Of a stretch of 64,000 nt of DNA, positions 51,738 to 64,000 are shown one piece after another. How positions within the stretch are numbered: the stretch's first letter is position 1; each line of letters begins with the position of its first letter. Source of the stretch: Tubiluchus corallicola (Eukaryota > Animalia > Priapulida); the NCBI GenBank assembly GCA_030141605.1, contig JAQGDQ010000957.1, forward strand, positions 1 through 64,000, written 5' to 3'. A program made the translations under genes and the position numbers. Under the pieces are notes generated by a model. It was given only the letters and a program-made list of their open reading frames with translations. It did not search any database and was not told where the DNA came from.

Positions 51738-52568
51738 TAGTACCCTCCTAGTTGAAAAATGGATACTTACACGTCCTAACCCGGTTGTGATTTAGTCAAT
51801 GGTTGTTTCAAATCGTCTACGTCAATGATATCATTTATCTTGGTATTAAAGTCAGCTTCATTTCCCGAATCCTCGCCGATTTAAGGAAGTTATTTGTCAC
51901 AGGGGAAACACAGTTCGATATTCACTGGCGTGCCCGCTGTCTTGATGTGGCGCGTCGTTTATTATAGACGGTGCGGCCCGGGACGAGTATTACTTTAACG
52001 ATGATGGATGATTCGTGTGACTATGACGGCAAGATTGACGATGATCAGAAGTGAAAATCGCCGCTCCGGAACAGGGTTTTGGCGTTCCCTTTTCATTCTG
52101 ATGCGAATTTTGTAATTTGCCAAATGTCCAGGCTGATATTTATCATTTTAGCCTGCAGCGAAAGTAAAAAGCGTGTTGAAATAAGAAGAAGCAACAAGCA
52201 AAGCATAATTTTACCGCATTAATTTCAAAAATCAATAAGTAGCAAATGGATTTACGTGGAAAGTTTGGGTGTACGTCACACATTTTGGTTATTATTAAAC
52301 TAAAATTGAATTAAAAACGCGACTGCCTTTCTCAGTCCAATAAAGAGTTTCATAGCGGTAACGACGTGTGATAATTTTTGGGTGATATATGGTGCAAGAC
52401 GTATGCGGCACCATCCATTGAATAAAGACATTTCAGACTGGTGTATTTTAATTAAAATGTGTGCTGGTGGTCAGAATTCGAATTGATAACTGTGTTTTTT
52501 CTTTCAGAAATTGTGACTCAGAGGAGACGCTAAAGTATGCAAAGAGGAAAATGAAGAGTTAATCCAAA

Positions 52569-54632
52569 ATGAGATGTCTAAAGTTGTCGTTTTTCTCGCT
52601 GCTCTTAATCGCGGTCTTTGGCTTGTCCAGGTGTGAAGAAACCCCGTGGAATGTTACCTGTCCAGCAGGCTGCACCTGCACCATTACAGAATCAGTCAGA
52701 TTGTATAGAAATATGAAAACCGTCAACTGTGCTTTTCAAGAAAAGGCTGTTGTTCCAGAGGGAATACCGTGGGACAGTGAGGTCCTCATTGCGAGAGGTA
52801 ACTATATTCGCAACGTTTCTGTGCTGTTAACTAAGCTCACGCAGATGAAAGAGCTGGATCTCTCGCAGAACAACGTAACACTTTCACGACGGGATGCCTT
52901 TCAGAACTTACACGACGTTGAATTTCTGGACCTGAATAATAATAAAATCAACACTTTACGCAGAGGAACGTTCAGAGAATGTGAGAATCTTCGTGATTTG
53001 TTAATATCCTACAACAAGGTTAAAGTGATCGAAGACGGTGCATTCGAAAGGTTGGTCAGTTTGGAAAGGCTGACTCTGACTGATAATGAAATAGACTGGC
53101 TTAATCCAGAGTGGTTTAAAGACTTACATAGTTTAACTACATTACTTTTGTCTAACAATAAGTTGGTGAGAATTAAAGACCAAGTGTTTTTAAACCTGAG
53201 AAACTTAAACAGGTTATCGCTGTCGGGAAACAGAATTCAGCGAATAGAGAATAAAGGGTTTGCGGGTTTGCCAAATTTAAAATTTTTATATTTAGATGAA
53301 AACAAATTGGAAGATGTACCAGGAATTGCATTGGAAGCACTGAGTAAGATAAACGTCATAACGTTTGACAAGAATCCAATGCGACAGATAAAACCGTTTG
53401 CTTTCCAAAAGCTGCAAGTGGCTGAACTGAATCTAAATGAAATGCCACTTCTTAATGAAATACACAAAGACACATTTATTAATCTCGATAAACTCGTAAT
53501 CCTTCAAATGCACGACAATCCAAATCTGGTTTATATTAATCCAGAAGCATTCCGTCTGATAGGAAACCTATCGAATCTGTTCATACATAACAATAAACTG
53601 ATAGGATTAGAACAGTTGATGTTTCGGACTCTTCCGTCTCTCTCGTTGGTAAGTTTTTACGGAAATCCGGTCCGTTGTGACTGCAGTGCCCTTTGGTTGA
53701 GTTTATTATTACACGATAATAAAACCAGTAACTTATTTATGGAACCAAATCGTATAGTATGTGAGACACCAATGAGATACAAGTCAAGGACGTTGTACGA
53801 GTTAAGATCCAACGAAGACATTGCTTCAGTATGTGCGCCATACATTGTGCCAATGTTTAACAAAACTTTCAACATTCGTCTGGGTGACAGACTCGAGTTG
53901 CCGTGCCATGCATTTGGATTTCCTAAATCAGAAATCCACTGGCTGAAACCTGATGGTAGCATCATTGACTCTTCTGTCGTCAAGGGCAGAATCAAGGTCA
54001 AAAGTGATTCAACTTTAGTCATACAATCAGCAGAATCCAAGGATAGGGGCACGTACACGTGCGTGGCTGTCAACAGTGAAGGCAGTGATACCAAGTCCGC
54101 CCACGTTGCCATCAAAAACATTAATGTGCAGATTTTCCCACTAGGTGTCTCTGCGACATTTATAACAGTAGTGTGGAATGGGACTGATGCACTGAGCATC
54201 CCACGTTACCAGATCATGCACCGCATGTCACCAACAAGCAATTCGCTCAACGGTTCGGAGAAGTTTCACGCTGCTCCCATTTCCATTCCGATGCGTCGCT
54301 ACACCATTGATCATCTGGTCCCCAACACGGACTACGAAATCTGCATCTCTTATCAGCAGAATAACTTCAACATCAAAATCGCCTGCACCAAAGTCAGAAC
54401 CAAGGACGTCGACTTTCTCATGAGCGGCATCCGACGGACGAGTAATGTGGCAGTCGGGATCACGTTAGGCATTGTGGTTGTGATGATATGTTTCATCTGC
54501 CTTACCACGTGTGCGGCTAAGAAGTACAGGCAGAGAAAATACTTTGATCCTGCTGTTAGTTATGTAGATACAATGTCTAATATTCCGCTAGAAAATCTCT
54601 ACAGTCCGCTCATGTCTAACATAAATGCGTGA
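52569..54632 (+). CDS. Leucine-rich repeat neuronal protein (LRRN/NLRR family), 687 aa, single coding exon
   Basis: Signal peptide, LRRNT (CPAGCTC...VNC), about 12 LRRs, LRRCT (GNPVRCDC), Ig domain (LPCHAFGFP...DRGTYTCVAVN), FN3 domain, TM helix, and the tail motif IPLENLYSPL typical of LRRN1-3. 5' UTR splice acceptor at 52507. Confidence 0.92.
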   Translation: MRCLKLSFFSLLLIAVFGLSRCEETPWNVTCPAGCTCTITESVRLYRNMKTVNCAFQEKAVVPEGIPWDSEVLIARGNYIRNVSVLLTKLTQMKELDLSQNNVTLSRRDAFQNLHDVEFLDLNNNKINTLRRGTFRECENLRDLLISYNKVKVIEDGAFERLVSLERLTLTDNEIDWLNPEWFKDLHSLTTLLLSNNKLVRIKDQVFLNLRNLNRLSLSGNRIQRIENKGFAGLPNLKFLYLDENKLEDVPGIALEALSKINVITFDKNPMRQIKPFAFQKLQVAELNLNEMPLLNEIHKDTFINLDKLVILQMHDNPNLVYINPEAFRLIGNLSNLFIHNNKLIGLEQLMFRTLPSLSLVSFYGNPVRCDCSALWLSLLLHDNKTSNLFMEPNRIVCETPMRYKSRTLYELRSNEDIASVCAPYIVPMFNKTFNIRLGDRLELPCHAFGFPKSEIHWLKPDGSIIDSSVVKGRIKVKSDSTLVIQSAESKDRGTYTCVAVNSEGSDTKSAHVAIKNINVQIFPLGVSATFITVVWNGTDALSIPRYQIMHRMSPTSNSLNGSEKFHAAPISIPMRRYTIDHLVPNTDYEICISYQQNNFNIKIACTKVRTKDVDFLMSGIRRTSNVAVGITLGIVVVMICFICLTTCAAKKYRQRKYFDPAVSYVDTMSNIPLENLYSPLMSNINA

Positions 54633-57600
54633 GTTCGCCATCAGAAGTAAAAACTATGTTTCAATCTAACAGAATGTAAGAAATAGTAAAGTTTGATACT
54701 CATGTCAACATGTACACGAGTTCGTTACCACACTTGGCTGAAATTTTATAAACACTTGTATATATTCTAAAGCTCGGTCATCAAAGTTTTAACACTATTG
54801 TGGAGATTAGGAGCCAATGTGGTTCATCTCGGATATGTAATTTTTGTAGCTAAAGTGACAGCATTTTATGTTTAACATGTATAGAACTCTCAATCCCAGA
54901 ATCCCGGACAGAATTTTCAATCCATGGCTACTGGGGTATTTACCAAAAGTGTAACTAGGCTGTAGTCTAGGGTAATGGGTGCCAGATTACATAAGCGCCA
55001 CATAACAAACAAGCGTCCACACCACAAGTAGTTGTGTAGCCTGCGTAGATATAAGCACTATAAATAAAGTTCTATAAACAGGAATGACCACTTAGGTTCT
55101 AGGTAATACATGTATGACAGTACTACTAAAACATCACATGTAACTGTGATGGTACATAAATAACCAAAAATCCATAACAGAGATGGGTGAAACTGATCCA
55201 TTGGTATAGGGAGTCGTCATGTTCTAATACGCCCCTGCAGGATCCCGAGATCAGTGTAGAAAACAAAACCCACCAAAACGACTCATGATATCTAATTAAA
55301 AACGATTTAATTAGGCAAGTTGGGCTTATTTTAAAATGTTTACCAATCACTACATTTATACCATCTGTTGTAACCGTTGTAACATGTATGTACGTAGTTT
55401 ATCGACAAAAATATTTGCATTTACAACAAAATTAATTAATGGAGTAAACACTTTAATTTTCTTTGTACAATACTACACGTCACTCAACCTTCTTAATTAA
55501 AAAAAATGGTAAACTGGTTGTAACAATAATCGTAATCATATTCAGTTAATATTCTGGCATAAATTTCAGGAGATTCGTAAGTTTTAAAAATGAATTTACA
55601 TGAAGTACAACAAAAGCTAAAAACTACGTTTTTGTAAGTTTTAAAATTTTCTTTCAGAACGTTTTCGTAACAGTAATTTACATGGTTTGGTTATACTAGG
55701 TTTATTCGCATGTGTTACATTTCTATTCCACGAATAAGATCCCGGGGTTAGTCTCGATTCTGTCGCTGATATACCGAGATTAGAATTAATCCTGGGACAG
55801 AGGGCCATAAACATGTAGCATAAAAATGTGAGATCATGTATTCGCATTGACATTAGGATAGAACATTATATTATTAGGACTGTTTCTTTGTATTACGTAT
55901 TTTTAATAGTCAATAGCTAAGTCTGTGACTGTAAAGTTCAGATATGTAAAGAAAAGGATCAAAATGGCACTGTTGTAAAGGATTTTTAGATGAGGCTAGT
56001 CAGAAATGTAATTTTATTATTGCGTGACATTTTATTATTTTTATAATAATTTCTTGATGTTTATTTGCATGCTTGTTGTATACTTTTCTGAACTTTGTAA
56101 AATAATGCTGCACTGTTCGCGTAGCAGTGCCATCTATGGAAAGGTAAGCGAAATAAATTAACTACACAGTGAATGCCCAATGCATATAAAATGAACTGCA
56201 TATAGGTGTATCAGCGCCTTCTATGGGCAGATAAGTAAAACGAGTCACTAATAAATGTAATTGTCACTTATTTTGTCAAAATTTTTTAGGTAAACTGTGG
56301 TGAGTACGATATACAAGTTATTATTTCTTGTACAAAGAATGTTAAAATAGTTACAAGGCAAAACTATAGCACAGACACACAAACGTTTTTATTAAGCTTA
56401 CACAAGATAATGTTTTTCAAGAAAATTATAGCCACAGATGACATCGTTTATAGTAAACCATTCTAGTCAATTTGTGTATTCATGTGATTACAATGAATGA
56501 TCTCGACTATATTCGTAATTCGCATATTAAAATAACGTTTACTTGATTAACTGTTTGTTATTCGCTTTGTTTGAAATCTTTAGGGTTTAAATAGCGACCG
56601 ACTGTAAAATCAGTGAAACTCTACTCGCTCAAGCAAAGCCGGGTCATGACCTTTTGGGGCCACTAGGCTAATGATATATTAGGCCCATTTAGACGAAGCC
56701 ACCCTCTAACATGTCCACATTCGTCATGAATATTTCTTACTTGTGATACATTTTAGCGACATTTGCATAGTTTGAAGTAAACTTATTGCACTATATAAAG
56801 TAGAATATCTATCTTTTATTTGTCAATAAGATATCCTTTAAGAAATACCACTATCTTACTATTTATTGCAAGCCAAACACACACATATTTGAACACAACC
56901 GTATATATTGAAAAAAAACAGTTTTTTTACCAAATGTTACCAAAACTTGAGGATTCCCTAACCTTGAGGGGTCCTAGGCTGTAGCCTATGTTAGCCTATA
57001 GAATGATCCAGTTATACATGTAGAACGACAACATTTGCAGCTTCGTTGCTCTTTAAAAGCATAAAGAGATTCTCTGACACGAAGAGAACAGCATTTTGCC
57101 ATAAAAATTTCAACCGGGGGCATATTAAACTTCAGAAGGAAATAAAAAGTGAATTTTATGACGGTGCAAAATTAAAACGGCTCACGTGTAGGCAATGGCC
57201 TGCACACAAATTTATTACAGCAAAAGTCTAGACCTAAAGTAATTAAGTATAAGTCAGCAAATGAATAATCACATAAAAATGAATGACTGACTGCACGAAT
57301 GAATAATGAAGTGAATCAGGAAATGAACGAATAAAAAATAAACCCTACATGAATTAAAAGTCCTATGGATTTTCGTTTTCTAAAATGTCATTTTAAAATG
57401 AACATATCTTATAAACTCATTTGCTCTAATCTAAACGACTAAAAATTGTTTTTCTAAAGAAATCTAGGCGTGGATGTTTTGCTGTCCATTTCGAGCAGCT
57501 TATAAATATTTGTCGTAAAAAACTGTGCCTTTAAGACCAACGATGTCATAAAGCCGCCACCAACTCAAGTCAATAAAACATGTGCACACAAAAATTTTTG

Positions 57601-58319
57601 GAAAACAAACGATAAATACAAGTGCAATCAATCATTGTAACGCTTCCTACATTAAACTTACAAACATTTACAAGCCGGCTGACTCATAGAGGGTCGGATG
57701 AATTGACGGACAGAAAGACAGATGGACAGAAATGGCTCTGATATGTTTTAAATAATTATCCGAGGCACCATGGTACTAAGTTTCGTCTTCGCTACATCAG
57801 TACTATAGGAGGAGACAGATAATGAAGAGAGAAGGATACTAATTTCATAAGTTTTTCGATCAATGCTAGATAACCGTGCACAACTAAAGCCTAGACACCA
57901 CCAATTGCGCAAGTTTGGTTAAAACTGAGTCAGTAGTTTCTCTGAAGTAAGGTGAACAAACAGGCTGACAGGCAGTCAGGCAAACAGACAAGCAGACTGA
58001 CAGACAGAGAATACTGGAGGCTGAGAATAAGGGGCCGTGAAAATGAGTGAAAACCAATGTAATCTGGTAGTCTAAATTGGCTGAGTTGAGCCCTGGAACG
58101 AAAATTTTAACGCAGTGAGCGCATGCTTGGATTGTTGCTGTTACTCAAGCGGAAAGGTGAACGAACATTCACAGAAAATTGGTCACCGTTTTAATCTCGC
58201 CTGTCGTCAATAATTTTATAACCGCGACTGTCTCTCCATTGTGACTATAGGTGAACTGAACGTGTGTTTTAATGAACTGTTGAACGATTAATTGTGCACT
58301 AATTAAGATCTGGTTTACA

Positions 58320-58428
58320 ACGGTAAACACGGAAGTGGTTATATGACTGGATTAAAACATAGTATAGCTCGCGAACCTCTGCAGCTATTGAACAGCTACG
58401 TGAGGTGGAAGTGCATAAAATGTAAGTA
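58320..58428 (+). promoter_or_regulatory. Candidate GALE promoter and non-coding first exon
   Basis: ETS-type CGGAAGTG at 58330-58337 and donor GTAAGT at 58422. The ATG exon has an acceptor only 4 nt before the ATG, so an upstream exon is required. Confidence 0.4.
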
Positions 58429-59699
58429 CACATTTATCATAAGGTAGTTTTCTTTTTGTAAATTTACTTTTTTATTTAGTAAATTTAATTATTTAGATTC
58501 TAGACTATGTAGTATGCATGTAGACTTGTAGTACATGCACGGTAATTATAGTAGCAAATAACAATTATGTAAAAATACCAGTTGAGAAAAACTGATTTTT
58601 CGCAAAATAAATAACGGTTCAATGTTGTAACAATTATACCCTTTCAAACAAGTAAAAAAACTTTTGTCCATGTTTACAAAAATTACAGGCGCAGAGAATG
58701 TAACTGGCGAACTACGTCAAGACCATTAGCAAAGAGACTAAGTTCCGTAATTCAAGATCAGCCACACCACTAAATGCTGTCACGTAACTACTTAAAAGAC
58801 GAACTACCCAACTTCTTATTACAGTTATTGAGTTATAAGTTTCTGTTAACTTAGACTTCTGATGATGCACCTCCACTGTTGCAAGACTTGCAGATTTGCT
58901 GATGTTCTTCTGTAGGTTTCTTTGAACAAAGTCTTGCAGTTTTGTCATTAGCTTAACCTTACTGCTGAAAAGTATAAATTAAAATTTGGAAGTTTGTTTG
59001 ACTAAGATGGTGTTCCAGAACAGTGTGTTGAAGTGTTTTTCATGTCAGTTTGGATGCATTGGGTTGTGCAATTCAAAGTTATTGAAATGTGATTGTTAAA
59101 TAGACCACTGGCCGGTCATTATGACCCTTTAGACTAATGTCGTTACACACTCAGTAACAGTGTGAGAGCACTACCCTCAGACATTGGATTTGTAAAGCAA
59201 AAATTGAGCCCTGGCTGATTAGTATCCCACATTTTACAGTTTTGTCTTTTTAGCGCTGCACACTAAACAATTCAGCAAAATGCATTTCATTTCTGCATCC
59301 TCTAAGACACACATCAGTTTCAATTTGTGCGCATCAGTCGATAGATGTATTAATGATTTTATACTTTTTAGGAAACATTTAAAAATCTCTTTAATGTTTA
59401 AATAACAATTTTATTAACTTTAATTTTGCGCAACTGTTAATGACAAGTTTATTAATTTTAGCAAAGATATTTTAAGGTGGTCTCTCCAACTTTGGTTTAT
59501 CATTGTCAATCTCTTAGTGGATCCATTCAATTTTGATAACTTCCTGTTATTTTATAGAATAATTTATAAAAAGAAAACTACTTTATGATAAACGTGTACT
59601 TACATATCATGCAATATTCTAAGTTTGATGATTTGTTGGAGTTTGTGAAGGTATATTTTTAACTCTGTAATTTTATTTGAAGTTTTAACTTTGTAGTTG

Positions 59700-59772
59700 T
59701 AACATTTTCTCAACTGCTGTAAAGCGCTTTGAAGCATTGTGTAAGGCTCTTATTATTATTATTATTATTATA
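59700..59772 (+). mobile_element. L2-like 3' tail with (TTA)n
   Basis: TGTAAAGCGCTTTGA followed by a TTA repeat. Confidence 0.5.
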
Positions 59773-60108
59773 ACTTATAAATTTTATACCTTCTCGGGGA
59801 CTATCAAATTCTGTAGATCTTTGGGTATTAAAAGCTAATTGAGTTTTGTGTGGCTAACTTTTTAAAAATTTTCCCATGTTTCACAACGATCTCTCCTTAG
59901 CCTCATTCTAAGCCTCGTGCAAAACACATTGGCAATATTCAGCTGATAAGCATTTTAATTGTTATGATACGCAAAAGAAAATTACAAAAACAGCCAAAAT
60001 TATAAAGTTGCCTTAGATTTCTTCTACTTTTAAGTCAGTCTTGCAACATGTAGAGTAGATACGTTTGCCAATATTATATGTTAATTATAAGAATACGTTT
60101 TCAGAAGT

Positions 60109-63100
60109 ATGGCAGAGAAAAATGAGAAAAAACATGTACTAGTTACTGGAGGAGCAGGTTACATTGGAAGCCACACTGTCGTGGAACTGGTTAATTCTGG
60201 ATATACGCCTATAATCGTTGATAATTTTCAGAATTCTTTCCCAGGTAAGTACAGGTAGAGTTTTCGCTAATAAATACATATGGTCTATCCAATCAACCCG
60301 ATATAATGCAACTCGATATCTAGCCAGTAATTTTAAACTTGTTAAAATCAGGAGGTAAAACACACTTTTACTCTATATTCACGGGAATTTGAATTACTTT
60401 TATGTTCACTCAGCTACTACTTCATTTTTTAATAGAAATGTAGTGAATTATAAATTGTACAGTTTGTTATATTGTTTTAGTTGTCATTTATGTCGTTGTG
60501 AAAGTACGTTTGCTGACTTGTATTTTTGTGTGTGTTTGTATTATTACTATTTGGTATGTGACAGTGACATTGGAAATTTTGACCTACAAATAGATGCCTT
60601 GTATATATTTATGTATATACTGTATGTATATGTATATGATATGTACATGTACAGAATAAAGATTTATCATCATTATCATAATTATTATCATCAGCTAGTA
60701 GGATAATTACTTCACAGACCGTTTGGATCATAACAATACTGGATGTGACCTATAAGATGCAAAAACAACAGAAAAAAGTTTTAAAACATGATCAGCAATC
60801 ATGTGGTTGTTCATTCTATCTAAATGTTTACTCATTGCCAAGAAATGATATGTGTTTATACTACAGTGATTTTAACGGTTTGCATAGCATGTTTTTTGGA
60901 TGGTATCAGATGCCCAATCAATGTACTTAACTAAACTCATTACAAATAAGACATTTTTGTTACATAAAAATACATACAGTTAACCTCGGATATAAGGTAC
61001 TCACTTATAAGGGACCACCAAAACCGGTCGCGATTTTTTGCAATGTTTTTCTTCACAAAAATCTGCGTATATAGAGTCCTCGGATATAAGAGACTTTTGC
61101 TTATAAAAGACGACATTTTTAGGACCCAGTAAGTAAGTAAGTACGTTTTATTAATCACCTTTTTACAAGAAAAACACAGAGTATGGTACGATAATATCAT
61201 ACAAAGTGACAAAATCATTAAATGAATAAATTATCTGAGTTAATGATATTCAAGTGATTGGTGAAAGGGTGGGGAAGAACTAAAAGTTACCAAAGTCAAC
61301 CACCCAGAAGAATACATACATACATACATACAAGAAAGAAGACCCATGCAATAGAAACCAAGTAAGTTTTCTCGATGACCAAATACTTTTTCCACCCTTA
61401 AACTTAATTAGCGCCATCTGTAATGCTCGTTTACCGGGGAACTAAATCGTTTGCCGGTAACATCGTCGCCAATTTTGCGGGAAATTTCCAAAAAATAACA
61501 AAATCTTGCGAGAAATGGTCCAAAAAGGCTACTGAAGCAGGGGAACAGATAGGGGACGCATACGTATGAACGCAGCTTAGATTTGGCTCTATTTCAGTTA
61601 TAAGAGACACCGAATATAAGGGACAATTTTTTCCGGTCCGGAGGTGTCTCTTATATCCGAGGTTAACTGAATACGCATATTCATTCAGCTTGGCACAAGT
61701 AGGTTTGATCACCACCAATAATCACAAAAATCTGAAACTTGTAACAACAAAGGAATTGCCTTTTCGCCAATGTTTCGCTTGAAATAATACGTTTCTGTAA
61801 AAAGTTCTTCTGAAACATAACCTCACTTAACTGCCACTCTCATTGCAAATATTGGAAATCATAAAAGAGAATTATTTATCAATTGGCAGCAAAAAGGAGC
61901 CAAGTCAACAAATTTTGTTATGTTTCTAGAGTGCCTGGATAGAATATCAGAACTTGTGGGATATCCCGTCATATTTTATGAAGTGAACATCTTAAATCAA
62001 GCAGCTTTAGAAGATGTCTTTCAAAAGGTAATCATGTTTCATATGTTAATAACTGCTAAAGTAGCTTACCTTGTACTCTCTAGTAGTGTTTACCAACAAT
62101 TAATGAAGCCATGTTTATACAGCATTTGTGAATATTGCTTGCAGCATAACATCCACCACGTGATTCATTTTGTTGGTTTGAAATGTGTTGGAGAATCATG
62201 GGATATGCCTTTGGACTACTACACAACAAACGTGTGTGGAGTGATTGTATTACTGCATGTAAGTAATAAAGTAATGTACGTTATGTATTAATTAATGCAA
62301 AAAGAATTCTATCACTAGAAGCAGGAAAAGATATACTTTAAGATGCTTTACTTTTACACTCCAGGCACCAACTTCAGGTTTAAGGCTCTTAGACATAGTA
62401 CATAGCGCAATAATTTCTACACCTGCAAAGGTGCGAGGCCACTCTGAACAAAAATGTGAAATATGTGAATGAAGATGGAGGGTAACGGGAATATATGAAA
62501 ACTTGGCCCTTGGCAGGTTGCAATTTATTTTACGACAAAGTTTTGTCCTAACTGTGTACTTGTTTTAGCACCAAGGATAGCTCTAAATTATCTTTAAATT
62601 TGTTTCTGATGGATAGAACACGTTTTGAAGGACAGTTTTCTGTATAACTGCAATGTGTAGTTGGTTTAAATTGAGAATAGGCTACCCATTAGTCAGTGAA
62701 GCTAAGCAAAATTAAAAAATATAATTTCTATCTTGCCAAAACAAAGCTGCAATTTATTAAAGTTTAGACACAGCCACATGCACAGGTGCACACATTAAAA
62801 AAGACACACTCTTACAAACAAACAACCGGACGGTTAAAATTGAAGAAGGCTCTGAAAAACCGTGGGCCATCCAAGACTTGAACCAAGAACCTTATGACTT
62901 CAGATCCACGCTCAATACACACACACACGAAAGCCAGCATGATAAGTGAGCATCAAAATGAGCCCATTTTTGACATACAGGTATCATTAATATGCCATTA
63001 ATATCACTTCCTTTACTTTACACACAGGTGATGCAGAAGTACAAAGTACGGAACTTGGTATTCTCCAGTTCCTGTACTGTGTACGGTGATGTGCAACAAC

Positions 63101-63204
63101 TGCCAATCAGTGAGACGCAATGTACGGGCTCGTGTACGAATCCATACGGAAAGTCTAAATACATGAACGAGGAGATATTGTCAGATTTCCATCAGGCTAA
63201 CAAT
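60109..63204 (+). CDS. GALE: UDP-glucose 4-epimerase, 5' part. Exons 60109-60244, 61930-62027, 62145-62258, 63028-63204; continues beyond the window
   Basis: [41 protein letters not shown] and catalytic NPYGKSK. GT-AG boundaries with phases 1,0,0,0. Confidence 0.93.
60977..61669. mobile_element. Tc1/mariner (pogo-like) MITE in GALE intron 1, with a nested insertion
   Basis: Perfect 20-bp TIR CAGTTAACCTCGGATATAAG / CTTATATCCGAGGTTAACTG; TA on the left, AA on the right. Confidence 0.85.
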
Positions 63205-63621
63205 GTACGTCGACATCTTATGTGATGGTGAATAGTAAAACGCAAAACACCTTTCGGTTTTTATACGTTGTAAGCTGGAATCCCGCATTCAACGGCAGTC
63301 CTTACACAGTAATGATGTTTGCTGCAAAACTACCTCAAGGCTCATTATCAAGGCTAACTCTTTAGGATGATGCATCGAGCCATTAGAAATGTCTCAACCA
63401 CGTTCGAATGATGTGAAACAGTGCACAAAGGTTGTTTGCTTGGCAAAAACCCATTAATTTACTAATTAGGATTAATATTGGAGAATTAATAAGAAAAGAT
63501 AAGATAAGAAAACAGGTTAATTTTTCATATCATGCCCAATTTTGAAGTACGGTACAAGTATACATTTTAATACCTGTAATAATGCCAAAGTAATTCTGTT
63601 AAATAATAGGTTAAACATTAA

Positions 63622-64000
63622 TTAAAGGTGGGTGAGCCCAACTAGTGATGATATCACAACTAAACATAATTTAATTCCCACAGCACAAACGTTCCATATG
63701 TGTGTTGCATGTGATTGTAAGAGTGAAAATTGAGGTACCGTGCTACTGTATAAGATTTAGTGTAATTTACAAACACTTAGCAAATTTAAAGTTTAAAATT
63801 CACTCACGTATGAACACTCGAACACATGTACTAGGTTACAACCGAACACCTTTGAATGGTACAACACCTGTTTTTGTGCAATGCATTTCCGAGATGTAGG
63901 CGCTAGTGCCCATCTAACTAGCAAATGGTAAAAAGCAGTAGCCACACCAATGCGAAATTAGGTTTTTGTGATTACAATTCTTTCACGTAAGTCATTCTTG
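63622..64000 (+). mobile_element. Copy of the repeat family at 18640-19046, cut by the window end
   Basis: Starts TTAA-AGGTGGGTGAGC and is colinear with the other two copies. Confidence 0.7.

Overview
This is AT-rich, repeat-dense animal genomic DNA with GT-AG introns. It is probably from an invertebrate bilaterian; the 5S-derived sequence looks lophotrochozoan-like, but that is a weak inference. Four protein-coding genes are supported. (1) ARPC1, with an intronless CDS (+, 14616-15728). (2) A 9-coding-exon, about 1770-aa single-pass sialomucin (-, 34308-18286). The ORF track shows only its 4.3-kb Ser/Thr exon; the reconstructed tail ends DAWIVPLED...DTHL, the podocalyxin/CD34-family signature, and this is the main finding. 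(3) A single-exon LRRN-type LRR-Ig-FN3-TM receptor (+, 52569-54632). (4) The first four coding exons of GALE (+, from 60109, running off the window). Notable mobile elements are a 5S-rRNA-headed SINE with an 11-bp TSD and an empty-site paralog, its host repeat carrying a minimal hammerhead-ribozyme core (Penelope-like), a collapsed LTR-PBS-LTR element, two head-to-head hAT MITEs sharing a triplicated TSD, several other MITEs, LINE 3' fragments and long microsatellites. All gene models and alignments were made by eye; no database search was run.
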